A DNA stretch of 64,000 nucleotides from an uncultured Latescibacterota bacterium (GTDB lineage: Bacteria > Latescibacterota > UBA2968): NCBI GenBank assembly GCA_951812755.1, contig OX638329.1, positions 293,339 through 357,338 of the forward strand, in the 5' to 3' direction. The first letter of the stretch is position 1. Each line of letters starts with the position of its first letter. Made by a program: the position numbers and the translations under genes. The notes under the pieces are model-generated. The model was not told where the DNA came from. It was given only the letters and a program-made list of their open reading frames with translations, and made no database searches. Of the stretch, positions 56,291 through 64,000 are shown piece after piece.

Positions 56291-59200
56291 ATGCGTATCG
56301 CGACGATATTTTTGAGTTTAATAGTCGCAGTCTATGAAATACACGCCAGCGAGATGGACCTCCCGCCGCGCGGAGAAGGATCCATAGCTTTTGAGATCGA
56401 TGTGTGCAGTTTTCGATATCGGGGCCGCGAGGGATTCGAAGAAATAACCCTGCGCTTCCCCGTGGCGCAATTTGCATTCTTGAGGCAAAATTCGGGGATT
56501 TATCTCGCGCGCTACAAACCCTCGCTGCGAGTCTTAAACGATGCCGGAGAAGTTGTGCAACAGGTGGAGGCAGAAAGCAGGTTGACAGCCGAATCACTGG
56601 AAGCCACCGTCGAGACAGACCGCATGGTATATGACATGGTGCAGGTGCGCCTGCCCACAGGTCGCTATCGCGGGGAACTGACCCTGAGCGACTTGCAGGC
56701 CGACCGCTCGGGATTGGCGGTATTTTCTCTTGATGTACCCACTTATGATCCCGGTAAAATAGGCATGAGCGACCTGTATTTGTCTTCCGGATTCAATCCA
56801 CAGGGAGCCGGAGAGAGCCTGGAGATGTTCCGAAAAGACGGACGATTAATACTGCCCAACCCGGCACGGCAATATCGGCGGGGGGATCCGCTTTACTTGT
56901 ATTTTGAGGTGTATTATCTGGGCTATCAGAGCCACCGGGTTGAGATGCAGATAGAAGACCGATACGGACATCGCCTTTGGCGCGATCAGCGGTCATTTCC
57001 CGGGTATCGGGGTGAAGTCAAATTCGCCGAGGGCATTCCCACCCATGAACTGCTTCCGGGAACATACACGTTGCGGGTTCAAGTGGCAGCCGGACGGGAT
57101 ACACTCGTATCGGCCCGAAAATTTGAAGTGATGGGCGACGCGCTTGTTCCGGCTTCGGGCTTTGATGATCAGCGCTCAAAAACAGCGCAGCACTTATTAA
57201 AACGATTTGGTGGAGCCGAGGCCGAAGCCACTTATACTGGCCTGGGACGCGCAGACCGCGCGGCATTCCTCTATGGATACTGGATGGACCGCAATCCGAT
57301 TGTGGCGCGGTCGTATTACAACCCGCTACTCGGTTTTGGCGCGCCTCCCAACCTGAACGGGGCGATAATCACCGCCATGGGCAGGCGCAAAGAATTGGCA
57401 ACACATCTCGACCCGCGCTATGCGGCCCGACAGGTGTTGCCAGATACGGCAATGGCGCGAGCGGCCCTGATGGTGATTGAGGCGATTCACAAGGACGATG
57501 GGAACGATTTGATGGGACAAGCCGCCCGGGGGTATGCCTATCTATTTGCCAGCAACTTGCCATACTCAGAACGGGCATTTAACTCGGCATTGAACGCAGG
57601 TGGGGTATTCCCCGAAGTGTACAATGGTGTGGGGATATCCCACATGGGACGCAAGCGGTGGGACAAAGCCGTGACGGCTTATGATCAGGCTCTCGCCCTC
57701 CGCCCCGACTGGAAACCCGCGCAGGTCAACCGCGCGCTTGCCCGCTTACTCGGAGGCAAACAGCGGGCAGAAGACGCCTTGAAAGAGGCGATTGAAGCCT
57801 ATCCGCATCACCCTGAGTTGCTGTATTTGCTCGGGCGAGTGTTTGAACGCGAGGGCAAGATCGAAGCTGCCGAGAAAGCCTATACCCGACAGATTGTGGT
57901 AAACCCAATGCACGCGCGGGCGCGATTCGATCTGGGGCGAATATGGCTGAAACGGGGACAACGCGCAAGAGCGACGCACGTGTGGCGCGAACTGATGGAC
58001 ACGCGCCCCGAACTGCGCGAGGAATGCCTCCCCCTTCTCCTGGGCGTGTATCAACTGCTGGGACAAACGGGAGAAGCGCAAAAGGTGATGGCCGAGTATT
58101 TGCGCACCGTAGATGACGACACGCGCGGACTTCTGCAAGACATCCGCCTTATTGCGACCCTGAAAGAAACCGCCACTTACGAGGTATTGCCGCCCGAGCA
58201 GCATCCGGACTTTGAGCGGATGTTCTGGCAGCGCCGCGACCCCACGCCAGCCACCCCTGGCAACGAGCGGCTGGTGGAGCACTATCGGCGGGTGCTCTAT
58301 GCGATGCAGCATTTTTCTGCCGGGCGCAAGCCGTGGGACAGGCGCGGGGAGATTTATATTCGCTATGGAGAACCCGCACACAAGAGCCGCGCAGGCGATG
58401 TGCGCTATGAGATGGACCCCGATGTCGTGCGGGTCAAGGAGCGGCTGTGGCTGGGCATTCCAGTAGATGGTCGCAAAGAGATTATCGCGCGGATGGGCAG
58501 GTTGCGGACATCCATGCAAGATGTGGTGATACACGACGAATACGGGCTTGAGGTCACTGTAAACGATTTTGAGGCAATAGACTTTGAATTGAACCCCAAC
58601 CGCTCCCGTTTTGGTGCCACATCTTACAATCAGGTAAGCACTGACCGCTATCAGCCCACCGTGGAACTCAGCGGCTATGATCGAGGTGCGAGCGATAAGA
58701 CGGTGCGGGGCTATCCGCTCTATCCCATCGACAGCGGCACGCGCTGGGAATACTGGATTTATCCGGATGTCGCCGGAGGAATCGAGGTGGTGTTCACGGC
58801 TTTAGACCGGAAAGGGAACTACATCTATCCCGATATCCCGCAGGGCCGGAGCGAATCGCACTTCAACATGGCACTGTGGACAGACCGCCGGCCCGACCGG
58901 CAGGTGACGTCGGCCATCCAGGCACAGGCAGATCTTATGCCGCCTTTTGACGATGTATTGAATTTCCATTTTGACGCGGTCGATTTCCAGGGACAAAACG
59001 ACCGCAGCCGCATGGAAGTATATTACGGCGTACCCCTATCTAATTTGCCAGACAGCGTACAGGCAACCGGCATTTTGGAACGGGGCATTGCGTTATTTGA
59101 CAGCACATGGCGACCAGTCTATCGAAAAATGGCCCCCCTGCCTTTTGCGGTAGATGCGACAGATTCGCTGGGAGCAGGCGATCTCGCCGTTGATCAAATC

Positions 59201-59761
59201 GCGCTCAATCTGCCGCCGGGCAACTATCACCTGGGGGTGGAGGTGCGCAGTCTGCAAAGCAATCTGCGGGGCGCTTATACCCGGTCGCTAACAGTGGAGC
59301 CTTATGTAGGTCCTTCGCTGATGCTTTCCGACATCGAGATGGCCGGTCTGGTGGTGCAAGACCCTTCCTCAAAAGTAAAAGGTGGACACAAAGTCGTGCC
59401 TATGCCATCCAAAACCTATTTGCCGGGACAACCTGTGACGATTTATTACGAGGTTTATGGGTTGACATTCAACGAATTGGGTCAAACGCGCTACCAGATG
59501 GATTACAAAATATCACCCCGCAAAGGCAAACCCCTGGCCGTGACGATTTTGCGCGCGGTCGGAAAACTCCTGGGTATTGAGCAAAAGAAAGTGGTAACAA
59601 TTTCTTACGAACAGACAGGCACGCAGAAAACAGAGCACAATTATCTGGAGATTGACGTGAAGGGATCAGAGGCGGGGCGCTATGAATTAGAGGTGGCAGT
59701 GACGGATTTGAATACGGGAACAAAGGTCGCCAAGGACGTTATATTCTTTATTGCCAGGTAG
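56291..59761 (+). CDS. GWxTD-domain, TPR-containing secreted protein
   Basis: FWQRRDPTPATPGNERLVEHYRR...PWDRRGEIYIRYGEP, EYWIY, and TPRs; GAGGA RBS. Confidence 0.88.
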   Translation: MRIATIFLSLIVAVYEIHASEMDLPPRGEGSIAFEIDVCSFRYRGREGFEEITLRFPVAQFAFLRQNSGIYLARYKPSLRVLNDAGEVVQQVEAESRLTAESLEATVETDRMVYDMVQVRLPTGRYRGELTLSDLQADRSGLAVFSLDVPTYDPGKIGMSDLYLSSGFNPQGAGESLEMFRKDGRLILPNPARQYRRGDPLYLYFEVYYLGYQSHRVEMQIEDRYGHRLWRDQRSFPGYRGEVKFAEGIPTHELLPGTYTLRVQVAAGRDTLVSARKFEVMGDALVPASGFDDQRSKTAQHLLKRFGGAEAEATYTGLGRADRAAFLYGYWMDRNPIVARSYYNPLLGFGAPPNLNGAIITAMGRRKELATHLDPRYAARQVLPDTAMARAALMVIEAIHKDDGNDLMGQAARGYAYLFASNLPYSERAFNSALNAGGVFPEVYNGVGISHMGRKRWDKAVTAYDQALALRPDWKPAQVNRALARLLGGKQRAEDALKEAIEAYPHHPELLYLLGRVFEREGKIEAAEKAYTRQIVVNPMHARARFDLGRIWLKRGQRARATHVWRELMDTRPELREECLPLLLGVYQLLGQTGEAQKVMAEYLRTVDDDTRGLLQDIRLIATLKETATYEVLPPEQHPDFERMFWQRRDPTPATPGNERLVEHYRRVLYAMQHFSAGRKPWDRRGEIYIRYGEPAHKSRAGDVRYEMDPDVVRVKERLWLGIPVDGRKEIIARMGRLRTSMQDVVIHDEYGLEVTVNDFEAIDFELNPNRSRFGATSYNQVSTDRYQPTVELSGYDRGASDKTVRGYPLYPIDSGTRWEYWIYPDVAGGIEVVFTALDRKGNYIYPDIPQGRSESHFNMALWTDRRPDRQVTSAIQAQADLMPPFDDVLNFHFDAVDFQGQNDRSRMEVYYGVPLSNLPDSVQATGILERGIALFDSTWRPVYRKMAPLPFAVDATDSLGAGDLAVDQIALNLPPGNYHLGVEVRSLQSNLRGAYTRSLTVEPYVGPSLMLSDIEMAGLVVQDPSSKVKGGHKVVPMPSKTYLPGQPVTIYYEVYGLTFNELGQTRYQMDYKISPRKGKPLAVTILRAVGKLLGIEQKKVVTISYEQTGTQKTEHNYLEIDVKGSEAGRYELEVAVTDLNTGTKVAKDVIFFIAR

Positions 59762-59762
59762 A

Positions 59763-61205
59763 TCACGCACCGCCATAAGCTCTCGCAAAATAGGTCTGGA
59801 ACCCCTCTGGCCCGGGCCAGCCATCGAAAAGACGGCAATTCTCGGGCACCTCGCCTTCTGCACCGTTTTTGAGCCAGTCGATCAGAATGGGATCAGCACC
59901 CCGGCGCTCGAGTTCAGAAAGCCCAGCGGTTTGCAGGTTCTGGACGCGGTCGGGATATTCCGCCGCCGTGTTGTCCAGCGACCCATAAGGCGTGAGCATG
60001 CAGTCTTCTGGCCTGGGCTGCCATTCCAGATATCCCTCCTGATCGAACACAGTGAAAAATCCCCGCTGTTTTGCCCACCCCCGGGCAGTGCCCGCAAGCG
60101 CGAGTTGCCGCATTCCCGTACTCCCCTCCCGTGCGGCGGCGAGAATATCCTGGCTGTCTATATCCCCCGGAATTGGCGCACTCGCCAGATTGGCGACAGT
60201 AGCGTAAAAATCCTGCGGTTGAAAAATAGCTGAACTGCGTCCCCCGTCGCCTTCGGGAGTTTTGATAATGAGCGGGATGTGAATCTCCTGCTCGTACACA
60301 GGCGCGTACTTGCCAAAGCGACCGCGCTCACCTACATTGGTACCGTGATCCCCAGCAATAATGATCGCGGTATTTTTGCTCAAGCCAGTGGCGTCAAAGG
60401 CTTCGAGAAAACGCCCAAAGCAATGATCCATCCATGTAACCTTGGCGGCATAACTCGCTTTGAGGCGCGCTCTGGCTTCATCGGGCAAATTGGGATTGTT
60501 GCGTCCCCCGCCCTGAAAAGCGCGGGGATCAAGCCGCCCATCATAACCGGGAGTTTTGTCGTATTTCAGCATAAAAGCCGGGGGCACGTCCCACGGTTCG
60601 TGGGGATCAAAGCAATCAATCCAGAGAAAGAAATTTTCCCGCCGCGCATTATCCCGCAAGAATTGGGCTGCCGTATTGAACAATTTGGCGCAATTCCAAT
60701 CGTCTAAATTTGTGCGTCCCCGGTTGGTACGGGCATACGTATAGTTGTGTTTTGTCAGAGCCGCGTCTTCTCCCAGAACATCGAATACGGGATCTTTGCA
60801 CCAGTTGCTGGGCCATTGTGCTTCATCATCCATCCATGCGCGGTCAACTTCTGCACCGCGAATAAACGTCCATGTGTGAAACGGATAATCAAATGCGTGC
60901 CCGCCGTTGACGAGATGAGGCGTATCGTGAATGAGTTGTGTCGCATATCCCGCTTCGCCCAGCACAGACGGAAGAGAGCGCGTGTCAAAAGGCAGGGGTT
61001 TCCAGGTGTGGAACGGACTGCCGTATTTTCCGGTCATAACATCCGTGCGATAGGGAATGGTGGGAAAACTGGCGGCAAAAGCGCGGTCAAAACACCATGA
61101 CTGCGCGGATAGACGATCGAGATTGGGCGTCTCAATCCAGTCATTTCCGTTAGCACCAATATAGTCATAGCGCATCGTATCAATGATAATGAGAACGATA
61201 TTCAT
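59763..61205 (-). CDS. Sulfatase-like (alkaline phosphatase superfamily) hydrolase with Thr at the formylglycine position
   Basis: MNIVLIIIDTMRYD, SFPTIPYRTDVMTG, FDPHEPWD, GDHG; AAGGGAG RBS. Confidence 0.85.
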   Translation of the reverse strand: MNIVLIIIDTMRYDYIGANGNDWIETPNLDRLSAQSWCFDRAFAASFPTIPYRTDVMTGKYGSPFHTWKPLPFDTRSLPSVLGEAGYATQLIHDTPHLVNGGHAFDYPFHTWTFIRGAEVDRAWMDDEAQWPSNWCKDPVFDVLGEDAALTKHNYTYARTNRGRTNLDDWNCAKLFNTAAQFLRDNARRENFFLWIDCFDPHEPWDVPPAFMLKYDKTPGYDGRLDPRAFQGGGRNNPNLPDEARARLKASYAAKVTWMDHCFGRFLEAFDATGLSKNTAIIIAGDHGTNVGERGRFGKYAPVYEQEIHIPLIIKTPEGDGGRSSAIFQPQDFYATVANLASAPIPGDIDSQDILAAAREGSTGMRQLALAGTARGWAKQRGFFTVFDQEGYLEWQPRPEDCMLTPYGSLDNTAAEYPDRVQNLQTAGLSELERRGADPILIDWLKNGAEGEVPENCRLFDGWPGPEGFQTYFARAYGGA

Positions 61206-61281
61206 AGAATCTCCCTTCACAACGGGCGAAAGGTTTTTCGCCCCTACCATTTATCTGTGTGTATCTGCGTTCATCTGCGGA

Positions 61282-62058
61282 TCACACTTCCTGCACCACC
61301 GGTGGTCGTCTTCCCGCAGATGGCGGCGTCAAGATACGCCGCTGTTGATCTGATGGGTTGGTATAATCATCCGCATTGTAAAACTTATTGGAATATGCCA
61401 GATTGCCCGGCGCGTATTTATACAGAAATGCGCGGCGTTCATGGCCTGCTCTCCACGGCATCGTGCCGTGCATCAGTGCCTCTGTAAAAATCAGCGCATC
61501 GCCTGCTTCCACTTCTGGTTGAACCATATAATCGGGAACGCGTTCAAAATCTCGCACTTCGAGTGGCACATTTTGTCCAAAATTGGTCTTATGGCTCCCG
61601 GGAATACAGGCAAAGCCCCCATCTCCCGCCTTTGCATCCGCCAAAAAGAACGTCACCACACTCAACCCATTCAGCATCTCACCTTCCAGATACAGGTACT
61701 TGCGTTGACTGCCCCTGTGCCCACCGGGCGAGCCGTGCAACCGACCACAAGCAGCCCCCGGTCTCATAAAGATACAATAGTCGTGATCGAGGCGAAAACC
61801 TGGACCGAGCAATTCAATTAAATACGGCAAAATGCGCGGGTGATCGATCAGAGCCTGTGTTTCTGGCGACCACGCAGACACCCGCCCTACTTGTCGGCGA
61901 CCTTTTCGCCCCTTTGAGTCCTCGCCCGGGTCGTCGTAATCGCGAATGAATGTCGCATCAGCGACCTCATTGAGCCGTTTGACTTCCTGAGGCGTCAACA
62001 CATTTTTAATGATCAAATAGCCATCGAGGTCAAACATAAACCGTTCTTCTGGTGTCAT
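61282..62058 (-). CDS. Phytanoyl-CoA dioxygenase (PhyH) family protein
   Basis: FDLDGYL, GGFACIPGSHK, AGDALIFTEALMHG, RRAFLYKY. Confidence 0.88.
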   Translation of the reverse strand: MTPEERFMFDLDGYLIIKNVLTPQEVKRLNEVADATFIRDYDDPGEDSKGRKGRRQVGRVSAWSPETQALIDHPRILPYLIELLGPGFRLDHDYCIFMRPGAACGRLHGSPGGHRGSQRKYLYLEGEMLNGLSVVTFFLADAKAGDGGFACIPGSHKTNFGQNVPLEVRDFERVPDYMVQPEVEAGDALIFTEALMHGTMPWRAGHERRAFLYKYAPGNLAYSNKFYNADDYTNPSDQQRRILTPPSAGRRPPVVQEV

Positions 62059-62101
62059 TTTGCCCTCCTTAATTCTTAATTCCTAATTCTTAATTGCATT
62101 C

Positions 62102-63247
62102 TTAAATATAATTCGTCGAGCCATCGGGCGCTTTGGTACTCCCCCGTTCCCAGTGGACGTATTCACCCGCTTTGATGACTTCCTCATTCACTTCCACGCC
62201 CAGGCCGGGACGGTCTGGCCTCAATTCCAAATATCCATCCACGGGCCAATAGGGTTCGTCCAACCAGTTCAGGGCATTGCTCTCATCGGGCAGGTGATAT
62301 TCCAGAATTTTGAAATTGGGCGTGGCGGCTGCAAAATGGACATTGACCGCAGTCGCCAATGGTCCCATCGGGTTGTGCGGTGCCACCGTCACATAATGCG
62401 CCTGTGCAATTGCAGCGATCTTGCGCATCTCCAATAAACCACCGCATATACAAACATCCGGCTGAATAATATCCGCGCCATCTTTCGACAACAAATCCAA
62501 AAACTCAAACTTCGTGTACAGAGATTCACCCGTTGCCAGCGGAACCTGCATTTGAGAACGCAAGCGTCCCCACGCATCGCTGTTCTCGGGCCTTAAGGGT
62601 TCTTCATAAAAGAGCGGATCATAAGGTGCCAGGGCATTGGCCAGTTGCAATGCGCGAATTGGCTCAAAAATTTTGGCATGTGGATCAAATGCAAATTCCC
62701 AATTGTCATCCGAATACTTTCGCAATGCCTCAAAATAATCGGCGGCAGCCGCACAGACCCGACCCCATCGATCCGCACTGGGGTCCAGGCGAAATGGGCT
62801 GGTCTTAAATGCCGTAATACCGTGTTCTTCGTTTAGTTTGCGCGCAACACCTGCTGCTTCCTTGCCGTCTTTTCCGCCGACACTCCGATAAACCTGAATG
62901 CGATCGCGCACAGCACCACCCAACAGCATATAAACCGGCAATCCAGCAGCTTTGCCGCTGATATCCCACAGCGCGTGGTCCAGGCCCGACATAGCGGAAA
63001 GACCTATTGCTCCTGGTGGAAATCTGAACTGCTGAAACAGCTTGAGCATGATATATTCAATCCGCCGAGGATCTTCACCTTTAATCAGTTCAAAAATATA
63101 ATCCATCGTGGGACCAATTGCCAGATCGGGACCCGGGCTATAACACTCTCCCCATCCGTAAATCCCTTCATCGGTTTCGACCTTTACCAGCGCGCGGGAC
63201 CGCTGTCCCATGCTCGCCATAAACGTCTTGATTGCTGTGATTTTCAT
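62102..63247 (-). CDS. Mandelate racemase/muconate lactonizing family (galactonate dehydratase-like) enzyme
   Basis: MKITAIKT, ALWDISGK, FYEEP, ATGE, IIQPD, APHNP. Confidence 0.88.
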   Translation of the reverse strand: MKITAIKTFMASMGQRSRALVKVETDEGIYGWGECYSPGPDLAIGPTMDYIFELIKGEDPRRIEYIMLKLFQQFRFPPGAIGLSAMSGLDHALWDISGKAAGLPVYMLLGGAVRDRIQVYRSVGGKDGKEAAGVARKLNEEHGITAFKTSPFRLDPSADRWGRVCAAAADYFEALRKYSDDNWEFAFDPHAKIFEPIRALQLANALAPYDPLFYEEPLRPENSDAWGRLRSQMQVPLATGESLYTKFEFLDLLSKDGADIIQPDVCICGGLLEMRKIAAIAQAHYVTVAPHNPMGPLATAVNVHFAAATPNFKILEYHLPDESNALNWLDEPYWPVDGYLELRPDRPGLGVEVNEEVIKAGEYVHWERGSTKAPDGSTNYI

Positions 63248-64000
63248 TTATCCCCCCACTTTGCACGCAACGCGATAAACATCGGTTCTCGCTGTAAAAA
63301 ATAACGTCTTCAGACCTTCACCGCCCCAGTTCAAATTGGCAGCGGGAAGGGGCAGTTTAATTTTCCCAAGGAGGTCACCCGCAGGATTAAACACCCACAC
63401 AGCACCCGGTCCCGTGCAATAAATATTCCCATTGCGATCCAGCTTCATGCCATCGGGCGCGCCATCTTCATCGCCTTTCAGTTCAGCCAATACTCTGCCA
63501 TTTGCGAGAGATCCGTCTTCCTGCACATCAAATGCGCGAATATGTCCCCGATGCGTATCATCGACGTACAGGGTTTTTTCATCGGCGGTTATCGCCAACC
63601 CATTGGGGCGTTCAAAATCATCAATCAAAAGAACGGGTTCTGATTCGCCTACAGGCAGGCGATACACCCCCAGGAACGGCAATTCCTGTTCTCCCGGCAC
63701 ACCATGCCTACCCGACAGACCATAAGGTGGATCCGTAAAAATGATGTCCCCATTCTGACAGACAATCAGATCGTTGGGCGAATTTAGCTTTTTGCCCTGA
63801 TAAGAATCCACCACCGTCCTCAATTCGCCATCTGCCTCAATGCTCACCCGCCGGCCAGAGTGTTCGCACGAAAGGAGCCGCCCCTGTCCATCCAATGTCA
63901 ATCCATTTGAATGATAACTCGGTTGGCGATATGCGACCACTCCCCCTTCGGGCGACCACTTAAAAATGGTATTTGTGGGAATATCCGAAAAAAACAAACA
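63248..64000 (-). CDS. SMP-30/gluconolactonase family protein (5' end outside the window)
   Basis: SNGLTLD, LNSPND, FTDPPYG, PNGLA, PDGMKLD. Confidence 0.9.
   Translation of the reverse strand, partial: CLFFSDIPTNTIFKWSPEGGVVAYRQPSYHSNGLTLDGQGRLLSCEHSGRRVSIEADGELRTVVDSYQGKKLNSPNDLIVCQNGDIIFTDPPYGLSGRHGVPGEQELPFLGVYRLPVGESEPVLLIDDFERPNGLAITADEKTLYVDDTHRGHIRAFDVQEDGSLANGRVLAELKGDEDGAPDGMKLDRNGNIYCTGPGAVWVFNPAGDLLGKIKLPLPAANLNWGGEGLKTLFFTARTDVYRVACKVGG

Overview
Bacterial chromosomal window of roughly 50% GC (estimated by eye). The gene repertoire is typical of marine-sponge symbionts of the Latescibacterota/Gemmatimonadota/Poribacteria type (inferred): GWxTD/TPR proteins, DUF6785-type membrane proteins, Uma2 nucleases, PhyH dioxygenases, sulfatases, ankyrin, FN3/cadherin/dockerin-like surface proteins and sup-type PKS remnants. 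Main points: (1) A ribonucleotide reductase has a tyrosine-less, Chlamydia-like class Ic (Mn/Fe) beta subunit, and nrdA and nrdB are separated by about 5.9 kb of accessory DNA. (2) In that gap, a consensus sigma70 promoter with tandem NrdR-box-like sites precedes a stack of ABC/AAA-ATPase + DUF4276(TOPRIM) cassettes in successive states of decay and then nrdB, so these defence-like genes appear wired into the dNTP-sensing regulon. (3) A translationally coupled three-gene Panacea(SocA)/glycine-zipper/3-TM operon lies in the same gap. (4) Two secreted proteins share a near-identical FN3-cohesin-dockerin C-terminal cassette but carry unrelated GC-rich N-terminal cargo joined by Pro-rich microsatellite linkers, one with 79 consecutive prolines. 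(5) An EpmA retains a LysRS-like OB-fold. No rRNA, tRNA, CRISPR array or intact transposase/integrase was seen. All family assignments come from motif recognition by eye, not from database searches.
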